The position numbers were made by a program, and so were the translations under genes. From NCBI GenBank assembly GCA_964552565.1, contig CAZKGL010000001.1:119649-183648 (forward strand): a stretch of 64,000 nucleotides of DNA. Reading direction: 5' to 3'. Under the pieces are notes generated by a model that worked only from the letters and a program-made list of their open reading frames with translations, had not been told where the DNA came from and did no database searches. Shown here piece after piece: positions 46,678 through 57,801 of this stretch. The stretch is from an uncultured Gammaproteobacteria bacterium (GTDB taxonomy: Bacteria; Patescibacteriota; Patescibacteriia; UBA9934). The first letter of the stretch is position 1; every line of letters starts with the position of its first letter.

Positions 46678-47786
46678 TCCACCTCTCCCCACGTCGGCTT
46701 GTCCTCATTGTCCTCGCGCTTGCGCTTGTTGGCGGCGCGACGGCGGGTATTGTCGCGACCGTTGCGCTCGATTCGGCGCTCGAAGAATACGCCGCCGCGT
46801 TGTTTGCCGGCCGCGTGCCGGGAACGCCGGGCGGCGGGACGCGCCGCGCCGCCGATGCCGATGACGCGCTGACCACGGTCGGCGCCGTGGGCGAGGCGAG
46901 CGTCGCCACCGTCACGCAGGCCACGCTTGATTCGCGGTTGTCCGGTTCTTGGGTCACCGCGCATGACGCGCTCGGGTACGGCGTGGTGGTGAGCGCCGAC
47001 GGTTGGGTGCTGCTCCACGCCGACACGGTTTCGGGTATCGCGAACCCGATGCGCAACACGGAAGTGTGGATCGGCGGGACGCGCTACGTCCCGACCCAAG
47101 TGGTGACGGACACGCTTTCGGACACTGCGCTCATGAAGGTGGACGCAAGCGGGCTTGCACCGGTCGCGTTTGCCGCGTCGGAAGGCGAGGCGCCGGGCGC
47201 GCGCGTGTATGCCCCGAGTACGCAGGGCGGCCTGCTCGTGACGACGGTTGCGGACACGCGTGTCCCCGTGGACACGGTGGTGCGCGCCGAGGCCTATGCG
47301 TATGGATGGGAACTCGCGGTCCATCCCCAAACGGGGACGCCGGTTTTCGATGGCTCGGGGACGCTGCTCGGGCTTGCGGGGGAGGGCGGCATGACGCCGG
47401 TGCACCAGGTCTCGTCGTTTGTGAAAGACGTCATCCGCGACGGCGCGCCGTCGCACGCCGGGCTTGGCGCGTACGTCGCCGACCTCGGGGCGGTGCTCAA
47501 CATGGACGAGGGGCTGCGCGGCGGGGAGACGTACGGCGCGCTCGTGATTGCGCCGCCTTCCGGCGCCGCGGCCGTGCTCCGTTCGTCGCCGGCTGCAACC
47601 GCGGGATTGCTTGCGGGCGACATCATCGGCGCGGTCGACGGCGTGCGCGTGGATACGGCGACGACGCTCGCGGAATTGCTTCGTCTCTACGACCCGGGGG
47701 AGACCGCGGCGTTTGCCGTGACGCGCGGCGGGGAGGAGTTCACGCTCACCGTGACGTTCGTCGAGTACGGCGATTTGCTATACTAG
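46674..47786 (+). CDS. HtrA/DegP-like trypsin-PDZ protein, probably catalytically degenerate
   Basis: GVVVSADGWVL, DTALMKV, PDZ SPAATAGLLAGDII; His and Ser motifs substituted. Confidence 0.75.
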   Translation: MIHLSPRRLVLIVLALALVGGATAGIVATVALDSALEEYAAALFAGRVPGTPGGGTRRAADADDALTTVGAVGEASVATVTQATLDSRLSGSWVTAHDALGYGVVVSADGWVLLHADTVSGIANPMRNTEVWIGGTRYVPTQVVTDTLSDTALMKVDASGLAPVAFAASEGEAPGARVYAPSTQGGLLVTTVADTRVPVDTVVRAEAYAYGWELAVHPQTGTPVFDGSGTLLGLAGEGGMTPVHQVSSFVKDVIRDGAPSHAGLGAYVADLGAVLNMDEGLRGGETYGALVIAPPSGAAAVLRSSPAATAGLLAGDIIGAVDGVRVDTATTLAELLRLYDPGETAAFAVTRGGEEFTLTVTFVEYGDLLY

Positions 47787-47790
47787 CGCT

Positions 47791-48444
47791 ATGACCTCTT
47801 CTGCAACGCAACTCATGCCGCTCTTGCGCAACTGGCGCACCGTCGCGTTCGCCGGCGCGCTCGGCTTGGTGTTGGCCGTGTTGGTATCGTTCGTTCGCCC
47901 GCTCGAGTACAGCTCGACGACGCGGCTGCTCATTACGCAGGAGCTTGGCGCGGTCGACGCGTACACGGCGAGCCGCTCGGCGGAACGCATCGCCGACGAC
48001 CTCGCGAGCATCGTCTATACGTCGACGTTCTACGACAAAGTGATGTCGTCGGGCTACCCGGTTGACGAGGCGTACTTCCCGAGCGACGCCATCAAGCGCC
48101 GCAAGAAGTGGGAAGACGCGGTCTCCGTTGCGGTCTCGCGTTCAAGCGGCCTGTTGACCGTCCGCGCGTACCACACCGACGTGACGCAGGCGGAAGAGCT
48201 GGCGCGCGCCGTCGCCTACGTCCTCAGCACGCAGGGGTGGACCTACACCTCGGGCGGTAACATCGCGGTGCAGATCGTCGACGAACCGCTCAACTCGCGC
48301 TATCCCGTGCGGCCCAACCTCATCGTCAACGGGATGTCCGGCCTCGTGCTCGGTATCCTCGCCGGTTCCGGCTATGTGCTTATCATGACGGAACGCCTCC
48401 GCCGGCGGCACCAGATTTTCCACGAAACTGCCGCTTCGGCGTAG
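47791..48444 (+). CDS. Wzz/CpsC-like polysaccharide chain-length determinant
   Basis: Two TMs; P.EYSSTTRLLI; P..P.L C-terminal motif. Confidence 0.75.
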   Translation: MTSSATQLMPLLRNWRTVAFAGALGLVLAVLVSFVRPLEYSSTTRLLITQELGAVDAYTASRSAERIADDLASIVYTSTFYDKVMSSGYPVDEAYFPSDAIKRRKKWEDAVSVAVSRSSGLLTVRAYHTDVTQAEELARAVAYVLSTQGWTYTSGGNIAVQIVDEPLNSRYPVRPNLIVNGMSGLVLGILAGSGYVLIMTERLRRRHQIFHETAASA

Positions 48445-48481
48445 CTTGACGGCCATTTGGCCTTGTTGGTAAGCTTCGGCC

Positions 48482-48577
48482 TGCAAATCTCCTTCGGGGA
48501 CCCGGTGGAGCGGTCGTGATGCCTCCTCCTCATCGCGATTCGTGACCGTCGGGTCTCCCAAGGAGATTTTTTGTTTT
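48482..48577 (+). ncRNA. Candidate sRNA: long hairpin with CCUCCUCCU (anti-SD) loop
   Basis: Promoter TTGACG-18-TAAGCT (48446-48475); rod-like stem; loop 48522-48530; ends in U-tract. Confidence 0.6.
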
Positions 48578-48630
48578 CCAAAACTTGGCTAATATTTCAC
48601 GCATTTTTCCCAATAAACCCAGGCTCATCC

Positions 48631-48897
48631 TTGACAGAAGCACAACTTTTTGCTACATTTCGCTGTTCTTTTAAAGCCCTCGTTAGGCCAATTTTCGGCA
48701 GACTGGGGTGTGCGAAGGGCACTCTTATGGCCTGGATGTCGCGGAGGTTCTCCTCCAACCGCCGCTGACGTCCGGCCCTATGGAGTGCCCTTTACCGGAG
48801 CCAATCCGGGCGAGGGCACACCTCGCGACACTCCAGCCCGGCCGCAAGGCCACAACTGTCCGAACCACGGCCACCGAGCCGTTCGAGAGGTGAACCG
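48631..48897 (+). promoter_or_regulatory. Sigma70 promoter and ~230-nt structured 5' leader
   Basis: TTGACA-17-TACATT; several hairpins including ggcc-GCAA-ggcc; SD GAGGTGA. Confidence 0.6.
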
Positions 48898-49980
48898 ATG
48901 TTGCTCCCCCTGTTCCTCCTCACCTTCGCCCATGCGGCGGAGGAAGAGGAGCCCGCGGAGGAGGTGACCTACACCCCCGCCGCGGTCGACCAGGCGCGCC
49001 AGGACGCGAAGCTCGACGAGGCGTACACCCGCCGCACCGGCGGGACCGTCGACATGAGCAAGATCCTCGCGGCCCAGAAGGCCGCGCAGGACGCCGCCAC
49101 CGCCGCGGAGGACGCCCGCCAGGGCGCCGTCACCGCGTCGACCAACGCGACCACCGCCGCCGAGTCGGCCAACTCCGCCGCGCAGCGCGCGGAGGACGCC
49201 GCCATCCGCGCCGAAGCCGCCGCCAACGCCCCCCGCAACGTCATCGTCAGCGACGACGAGGAGGAGGACGAGCGCGACGAGCCCGAGCCCGAGGACGACG
49301 ACGGCGAGGTCGAAGACCTCGACGCCGAGGAGCCCAAGGACGGCGACAAGGACGGCGTCCCCGACGCGAAGGACGAGTGCCTCCGCGCCAAGGAGGACGT
49401 CGACGGCGTGTCCGACAAGGACGGCTGCCCCGACGACGGACCCCGCTTCGGCGGCTTCGTCAGCGCGGGTCTCGGCCTCGACTTCCGCGGCGGCAACGTC
49501 GAGGACGCCGACGGCAACACCGTCGCCGGTCCGATGGACGTCCCCCTGCTGCTCTCGGGCGGCATCCTCTACGGGGAGCGCGGCACCGACGCGGCGCGCG
49601 GCAAGGGCTTCGGCCTGTCGCTGCGCGGCGGTGTCGTGCCCGGCGCCGCCGGCCACCTGGCCTACGCGGACGTCCTCTTCCTCTCGACCTCGGCGCGCGG
49701 CGGTGCGATGGGGATCGGGATCGGTGGCGGCATGACCGCCATCGGCTCCCTCGAGGGGACGGGCATGGAGGCCTACCAGGCCGGCGGCGAGCTCATGCTC
49801 CTGTCGCGCACCCCGGTCAGCCGCACCGACCAGCCGAACGTCACCGACCTCAACGTCGCGATGACGATCGGCCTGGCGCGGGCGGGGAACGAGGTGTCCG
49901 GCGTGTGGGTGGTGCCCTTCGGGGTGCAGCTCACGCTCGGCCGGCGCTGGCAGGGCATCGCGCTCGACCCCGAGGACTAG
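48898..49980 (+). CDS. Secreted protein with TSP3-like repeat and putative C-terminal beta-barrel
   Basis: Signal peptide (AHA), Ala-rich coil, DGDKDGVPDAKDEC...DGCPD, amphipathic Gly/aromatic strands. Confidence 0.7.
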   Translation: MLLPLFLLTFAHAAEEEEPAEEVTYTPAAVDQARQDAKLDEAYTRRTGGTVDMSKILAAQKAAQDAATAAEDARQGAVTASTNATTAAESANSAAQRAEDAAIRAEAAANAPRNVIVSDDEEEDERDEPEPEDDDGEVEDLDAEEPKDGDKDGVPDAKDECLRAKEDVDGVSDKDGCPDDGPRFGGFVSAGLGLDFRGGNVEDADGNTVAGPMDVPLLLSGGILYGERGTDAARGKGFGLSLRGGVVPGAAGHLAYADVLFLSTSARGGAMGIGIGGGMTAIGSLEGTGMEAYQAGGELMLLSRTPVSRTDQPNVTDLNVAMTIGLARAGNEVSGVWVVPFGVQLTLGRRWQGIALDPED

Positions 49981-49981
49981 G

Positions 49982-50221
49982 GCCTCGACTCGGAGGGGAC
50001 CGACGGTACGCAGTACGCTGCGTCCGTCGGTCCCCCACCCGACAATCTGAAATCATGTTACGCAAGTGCCGAATGCTTCGACACTGCCGTAGCCTGGTTT
50101 CGCGAGTAAACAGGTGAACGTCCTTCGGGGCGTTGTGACTGCAACTCGCATCGGTCCCACAACAACCTGTCACGTGACCGCTAACGTGACATCACCGGCC
50201 TTTGGCCAAAGGAGCATTCCC
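49982..50221 (+). repeat. Island repeat A copy 1 (3' hairpin + conserved spacer + structured leader)
   Basis: First ~137 bp nearly identical to 50754-50889; remainder conserved in structure up to the SD. Confidence 0.9.
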
Positions 50222-50746
50222 ATGCTCTTGCTGACCTCCGTCGCCTGCATGATGGGCGACTTCGACGACAACCGCGTGTCCGGCGCCGACAACGGCGTCG
50301 ACGTGTCCGAGTACCTCGCGGAGAACGGCCCCCAGGACATGACCGACCTCGGCTACCCCGGCATGGTGGGCTTCCCGACCCTCGGGGCCCGCTTCGACCT
50401 CGCGGGCGGCTGCTACGCCGGCGTGAACGCCGCGGGCACCGACGAGGACTGGGAGGCCAACAACGTGTGCATCGAGGACAGCTCGGTCACGATCGAGGAG
50501 ACGGGCACGCGCTACGGCCTGCAGGAGTTCGACCCCGGCAACGGGAGCTCGGGCTACTACCACGGCAACATGTACAACGCCGCGGACCCGACCTGCGGGC
50601 CGAGCGTGAAGACGTGGGACTGCTGGTACAACCTCGAGGACTTCGAGGGCCGCAACAAGCTCATCGACTGCGGCATCGACGACCAGGGCGACCTGGTGTG
50701 CGCGCTCGACTTCTACTCGACGTGGGACGGCATCTCGGTCGACTAG
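50222..50746 (+). CDS. Hypothetical acidic lipoprotein-like protein
   Basis: AAAGGAG SD; MLLLTSVAC; Cys-rich; high GC3. Confidence 0.75.
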   Translation: MLLLTSVACMMGDFDDNRVSGADNGVDVSEYLAENGPQDMTDLGYPGMVGFPTLGARFDLAGGCYAGVNAAGTDEDWEANNVCIEDSSVTIEETGTRYGLQEFDPGNGSSGYYHGNMYNAADPTCGPSVKTWDCWYNLEDFEGRNKLIDCGIDDQGDLVCALDFYSTWDGISVD

Positions 50747-50753
50747 AGGCGCA

Positions 50754-50990
50754 GCCTCGACTCGGAGGGGACCGACGGTACGCAGTACGCTGCGTCCGTC
50801 GGTCCCCCACCCGACAATCTGAAATCATGTTACGCAAGTGCCGAATGCTTCGACACTGCCGTAGCCTGGTTTCGTGAGTTACAGGTGAAGCATCCTTCGG
50901 GATGTTGGCTGAAACTCACATCGTTCCCACAACAACCGCCCCGCATCCTACGCGCGGCACAACCGGCCTCAGGCCAAGGAGGAGAAGGCC
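50754..50990 (+). repeat. Island repeat A copy 2
   Basis: Matches copy 1 at 49982-50221. Confidence 0.9.
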
Positions 50991-51941
50991 ATGCGCCTGA
51001 TCCCGATCACCACCATCCTCGCCGCCTGCATCTTCGAGCAGGCCGACGTCCAGCTCGACGACGAGAGCCCGGTCACGGAGACCCCGTGGTCGGCCTCGGA
51101 GGGCGAGGACGACGACGGCGCCGACGACGGCGACGGCGGCGAGGGCACGTCCAGCACCTGGTACTTCGACGGCGACGGCGACGGCTTCGGCCTCACCTCG
51201 TCGGCGGTCACCGGGTCCAAGCCCTCGGACAGCACGTCCTGGGTGACGATGGGCGGCGACTGCAACGACGCGAGCGCCTCCATCAACCCCGACGCCACCG
51301 AGATCGCCGGCAACACGGTCGACGAGGACTGCGACGGCATCCTCGACAACGAGGACGGCTCCACGAGCTACTCGTACTACGTCGACAGCGACGGCGACGG
51401 CTACGGCAGCACGACCACGGTCACGTCCGACTCGTCCACCCCGGCGTCCGGCCAGTCCACCCTCAACACGGACTGCGACGACACCGACTCCAGCGTCTAC
51501 CCGGGCGCCACGGAGACCACGGACGGCGAGGACGACGACTGCGACGGCAGCGTCGACGAGTCGAGCTCCGGCTCGAGCACGTCGACCTCGGTCGAGGTCT
51601 GCTACCAGCCGCTCTCCGGCTCGAGCACGTGGACGGGCTACGCCTGGACCAACAACCCGTGGAACCAGACCTACTGGTTCGCGTCGGCCTACGCCTCGGC
51701 GTCGGGGACCACGAAGTCGTGCGGCTCGGCCCTCGGCTACGTGTCCGGCGCCACCGTCGAGATCAACGGGCTCAACCCGGACGGCGACTACATGGTCGGC
51801 GCCTGCGACGGCAGCACCTACGCGGCGATGTCCTCGGACGGCACGAAGTGCATGTTCGCGTACATCTGGGTGAACGGGACGCTGCTCGGCAGCTCCCACT
51901 TCTCGTCGGACAGCTACGACGCGAAGTACACCCTCCCGTAG
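50991..51941 (+). CDS. Lipoprotein with MopE-like putative metal-binding repeats
   Basis: Lipobox ILAAC; two units of WYFDGDGDGFG...DCND...INPDATE...DEDCDG. Confidence 0.85.
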   Translation: MRLIPITTILAACIFEQADVQLDDESPVTETPWSASEGEDDDGADDGDGGEGTSSTWYFDGDGDGFGLTSSAVTGSKPSDSTSWVTMGGDCNDASASINPDATEIAGNTVDEDCDGILDNEDGSTSYSYYVDSDGDGYGSTTTVTSDSSTPASGQSTLNTDCDDTDSSVYPGATETTDGEDDDCDGSVDESSSGSSTSTSVEVCYQPLSGSSTWTGYAWTNNPWNQTYWFASAYASASGTTKSCGSALGYVSGATVEINGLNPDGDYMVGACDGSTYAAMSSDGTKCMFAYIWVNGTLLGSSHFSSDSYDAKYTLP

Positions 51942-51947
51942 GGTCCA

Positions 51948-52074
51948 CGGCGAGGGGGCGACGTGCAGCAATGCGCGCCGCCCCCGACCAACCCAACGTA
52001 ATAAGAAGAGAGATCCTATCAATGAGTGAACTGCTCCGAGCGTTCATTCATCCGTGGGATCTCTCTTTGTTTTC
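51948..52074 (+). repeat. Island repeat B copy 1 (GCAA hairpin + long terminator hairpin)
   Basis: Near-identical to 56049-56171. Confidence 0.9.
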
Positions 52075-52117
52075 GTGGACAACTGTCCGCAAATGACAAC
52101 GTCGACGTGATTTTTCC

Positions 52118-52146
52118 TTTACATCCTCATCATTTTTTGTTATAGT
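52118..52146 (+). promoter_or_regulatory. Sigma70 promoter
   Basis: TTTACA-17-TATAGT with extended TG. Confidence 0.65.
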
Positions 52147-52284
52147 GATGCGTCCGTTTTTGCTGCGCCCTGCGCGCAAATTCGTGGACTAGGCGAGGGA
52201 AATGCCCTACGCTGAACAAGCCACACCGACCTTTCCCATCCACCACCCCCCCCCAACCACCGGACACCGGATCCTGGAGGACCC

Positions 52285-54486
<2,202 letters not shown>

Positions 54487-54626
54487 CCGGGGAACTCCCC
54501 GGCTCGCGTGAAGGCCGCCTTCCTGACTCCCGTAAGGGGGAAGGGGAGGCGGCCTGACCTGTTTTATTAGGCTAATTTTAGCCTCTTTTTTGTATATTTG
54601 GGGTTTGCGACCTCTACGGCAAGGGC

Positions 54627-54655
54627 TTGCAAAAAACCCAAGAATATGCTATAGT
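54627..54655 (+). promoter_or_regulatory. Sigma70 promoter
   Basis: TTGCAA-17-TATAGT with extended TG. Confidence 0.65.
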
Positions 54656-54781
54656 TATCCGTCAGTATTTTGGCTGACCAGAGCCCTGAAAAAGGGTATT
54701 CTGACGCGACCAATCGAACCTTCAACCCCGCTTTGGCTCAACCCCAAGGCTCACCGCGGAAATCCCGCAAAGGAGGCGCCC

Positions 54782-56038
54782 ATGCGCTTCTTGCTCTTGA
54801 CCCTCAGCCTCGCCGCCTGCAACGGCGACGAGCTCGTCTCCGACAGCGGGGACACCGGCGAGCCGGCCGACACCGGTCTCACCGGCGACACCGGCACGAC
54901 GACCGAGGCCACCCCCCAGTGGTGCCTCGACGCCGACGGCGACGCGTACCCCAACCGCGCCGCCTGCGTCACGCCCAACCCGTCCAACTCCTCGTACGTC
55001 GAGGTCGCCGACGTCTCCACGTACACCACGTGGGACTGCGACGACAACAACGCCTCGGTCTCCCCGGGGCAGTCCGAGTCGGTCGGCAACGGCATCGACG
55101 ACGACTGCGACTACGTCATCGACGAGGACCCGGAGGTCACGCGCTACTACGACTACGACCTCGACGGGTACGGCGGGGAGATCGTCATGACGGCGCCGGA
55201 GAGCAGCTTCGACTCCTCGTGGGTCGAGAACTCCAGCGACTGTGATGACTTCGACGCCCAGGTCACGCTCGGCGAGACCTACGTCGTCGACAGCGACGGC
55301 GACGGGTACGGCGACGAGGACCTCTCGGACTACCAGGTCGCGTGCGAGCAGCCCGCGGGCTACGTCGACAACGCGGAGGACTGCAACGACAGCTCCGACG
55401 AGTGGTACCCCGGCGCGGCCGAGGACTGCTCGGTCGACGAGGACCGCGACTGCGACGGCATCTCGCCGTTCGTCGACGCGGACGGCGACTCGTTCGCCGC
55501 CTGCGAGGACTGCGACGACTTCGCCGCGTCCGTCAACCCGGACGCCGACGAGGTCTGCAACTCCATCGACGACGACTGCGACGAACGGGTCGACGACAAC
55601 GACTCCGACGTCGTGGACGCCACGACCTGGTACGACGACGACGACGCGGACGGCTTCGGCGACCCGGACGACACCGTCGAGCGCTGCGAGGCGCCGGAGT
55701 CCACCGTCGGCAACGACGAGGACTGCGACGACTCCGACGCCGAGGTGAGCCCCGACGCCCGCGAGGTCTGCGACCGCGTCGACAACGACTGCGACTCGCG
55801 CACCGACGACGCGGACTCCGACGTGGAGGACCAGGTGACCTGGTACCTCGACCTCGACGGCGACTCGTACGGCTCCGACTCGTACACGCAGGACGCGTGC
55901 TACGAGCCGACGGCCACCTACGGGGAGTACGTCGAGGACGGCGGGGACTGCGACGAGGGCGACGACGACGTGAACCCGGATGCGTCCGAGGTCTCGGGCA
56001 ACACCGAGGACGAGGACTGCGACGGCACGGCGGAGTAG
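54782..56038 (+). CDS. Lipoprotein with MopE-like repeats
   Basis: AAAGGAGG SD; MRFLLLTLSLAAC; repeated DCDD/DDDCD motifs. Confidence 0.88.
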   Translation: MRFLLLTLSLAACNGDELVSDSGDTGEPADTGLTGDTGTTTEATPQWCLDADGDAYPNRAACVTPNPSNSSYVEVADVSTYTTWDCDDNNASVSPGQSESVGNGIDDDCDYVIDEDPEVTRYYDYDLDGYGGEIVMTAPESSFDSSWVENSSDCDDFDAQVTLGETYVVDSDGDGYGDEDLSDYQVACEQPAGYVDNAEDCNDSSDEWYPGAAEDCSVDEDRDCDGISPFVDADGDSFAACEDCDDFAASVNPDADEVCNSIDDDCDERVDDNDSDVVDATTWYDDDDADGFGDPDDTVERCEAPESTVGNDEDCDDSDAEVSPDAREVCDRVDNDCDSRTDDADSDVEDQVTWYLDLDGDSYGSDSYTQDACYEPTATYGEYVEDGGDCDEGDDDVNPDASEVSGNTEDEDCDGTAE

Positions 56039-56048
56039 CAGCCATTCG

Positions 56049-56171
56049 CGGCGAGGGGGCGGCGTGCAGCAATGCGCGCCGCCCCCGACCAACCCAACGT
56101 AACAAGAGAGATCCTATCAATGAGTGAAGCGCTCCGAGCCTTCCCTCATCCGTGGGATCTCTCTTTCTTTT
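56049..56171 (+). repeat. Island repeat B copy 2
   Basis: Matches copy 1 at 51948-52074. Confidence 0.9.
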
Positions 56172-56201
56172 CGGAAGCTCAGCTTCGAAGCTGAGCTTCC
56201 G
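56172..56201. repeat. 30-bp perfect nested palindrome
   Basis: cggaagctcagcttc|gaagctgagcttccg; 26-bp core shared with 7989-8022. Confidence 0.9.
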
Positions 56202-56264
56202 TGCCTCGGGATGGTTTGCGTTCCTCGCACGCCGCGGCGTCGGCCCGTGTGATAAAATATCCTC

Positions 56265-57800
56265 GTGCCCAACTTGCGCAGCATCTACCATCTCGCGGAG
56301 GAGCGAACGCGTTTCGCTATTTTTGGACTTGCCGTCTTGCTCCTCGTCGGCATCGCCGGCGTCGTGTTCTTGTCGCCGTCGCTCACGCTCGCGCTCGTCG
56401 CGGCGCTCGGCGTCGTCTTTGTCAGTTTTGTCCGGCCGACATGGACCTTGTTCTTCCTGATGGTCTACCTGCCGTTCGAACCGTTCCTCCTCAAGTGGGT
56501 GCCGGACGACGTGTACGTCTACGCCCGCTATTCCTCCGAGTTGCTGGTCTACCTTCTTGTCGCCGTCGTCGCTTGGAAAATATTTTCCGGTGTCCTGCCG
56601 TTCAAGCGGACGCCGATCGACCTCCCGTTCGCCGCGTTCTGCATTATCCTGCTCGCGTCGACGCTCATGAATTTTTCCGAACCGCTCGCCGCGATCCTCG
56701 GCGGTAGGCAAATTCTCCGTTTCGTCCTCCTCTACTTTGTGACGGTGCAGCTCTCGCCGACTATGACGTTCATGCGCACCGCGGTAAAGGCGCTGGTCGC
56801 CGTCGTCGCGGTACAAATCGTCCTTGGGGCCATGCAGGCGGTCCTCGGCGGGCCGATGGACGCATTCTTGCTGCCGACGGAGCGCCGTACGGTGGGGGAG
56901 ATCCAGCTCACCGCGGGCACGGTGCAATTTTGGGACCCGGGGCAGCGCGTGTTCGGCACGCTCGGCCGCTACGACCAGCTCGGGACGTTCATGGCGTTCG
57001 TCCTCCTCCTTATGGCGGCATGGCTGTACGAGCACCGCGACACCCCCAAGCTCACCAGCTGGTGGGCGGTCTTCATCCCCGCGCTTCCGATCCTCGCGTT
57101 AACGTATTCTCGCTCCGCGTGGTTCGGATTCCTCCTCGGCTTCCTGTTTATCGCGGTTTGGGCGAAGCGCGACCGGCGCATCGTCGTCGGTACCGCGGTC
57201 GTCACGGGGCTGCTCGCGCTGTACCTCATCGTGTCCGGCCTCGCCGTCAACCGCCTTGTCGACGTTGCAGATCAGTCGTTTGCGGAACGGTTCTTCGAGG
57301 CGTTTTCTGCGGAGCGATGGAGCGGCGAATACTATGGCCTCGGCCGCGTGTATTGGATCGTGCACACGGTCATCAGCGTCGTCCCTGCGGCGCCGCTGTT
57401 CGGCCACGGCCCCGCGAGCTACGGGGCGGGGGCGGTCGCAGCGCTCAAACACACGCGCGTCTACGACGAGCTCGGCCTCCCGTTCGGCGTCTACGGCACG
57501 GAAGGCTACATCGACAACAACTGGTTCAGCCTGTGGGGCGAGACCGGCACGCTCGGCCTGGCCGCGTATGTGTGGATGTACGCGACGTTGTTCTTGCTTG
57601 CGGTCCACGTGTGGCGCAAGGGGAAAACGGAGGACGTCCGCGCGCTCGGCCTCGGCGTGGCCGCGGCCATGCTCGCGGTCGCCGTCAATGCGTTGTTGGC
57701 GACGTATCTCGAGGCGCGCACGCTGGCGCCGTACCTTTGGATTTTCGCCGGACTCGTGACCGTGCTCGCCGACCGCATCGAGTCCGAACACGCGACGTGA
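56265..57800 (+). CDS. O-antigen ligase/Wzy-like membrane protein
   Basis: Polytopic; RVFGTLG, LTYSRSAW, PLFGHG, DN.W..ETG.LG. Confidence 0.85.
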   Translation: MPNLRSIYHLAEERTRFAIFGLAVLLLVGIAGVVFLSPSLTLALVAALGVVFVSFVRPTWTLFFLMVYLPFEPFLLKWVPDDVYVYARYSSELLVYLLVAVVAWKIFSGVLPFKRTPIDLPFAAFCIILLASTLMNFSEPLAAILGGRQILRFVLLYFVTVQLSPTMTFMRTAVKALVAVVAVQIVLGAMQAVLGGPMDAFLLPTERRTVGEIQLTAGTVQFWDPGQRVFGTLGRYDQLGTFMAFVLLLMAAWLYEHRDTPKLTSWWAVFIPALPILALTYSRSAWFGFLLGFLFIAVWAKRDRRIVVGTAVVTGLLALYLIVSGLAVNRLVDVADQSFAERFFEAFSAERWSGEYYGLGRVYWIVHTVISVVPAAPLFGHGPASYGAGAVAALKHTRVYDELGLPFGVYGTEGYIDNNWFSLWGETGTLGLAAYVWMYATLFLLAVHVWRKGKTEDVRALGLGVAAAMLAVAVNALLATYLEARTLAPYLWIFAGLVTVLADRIESEHAT

Positions 57801-57801
57801 T

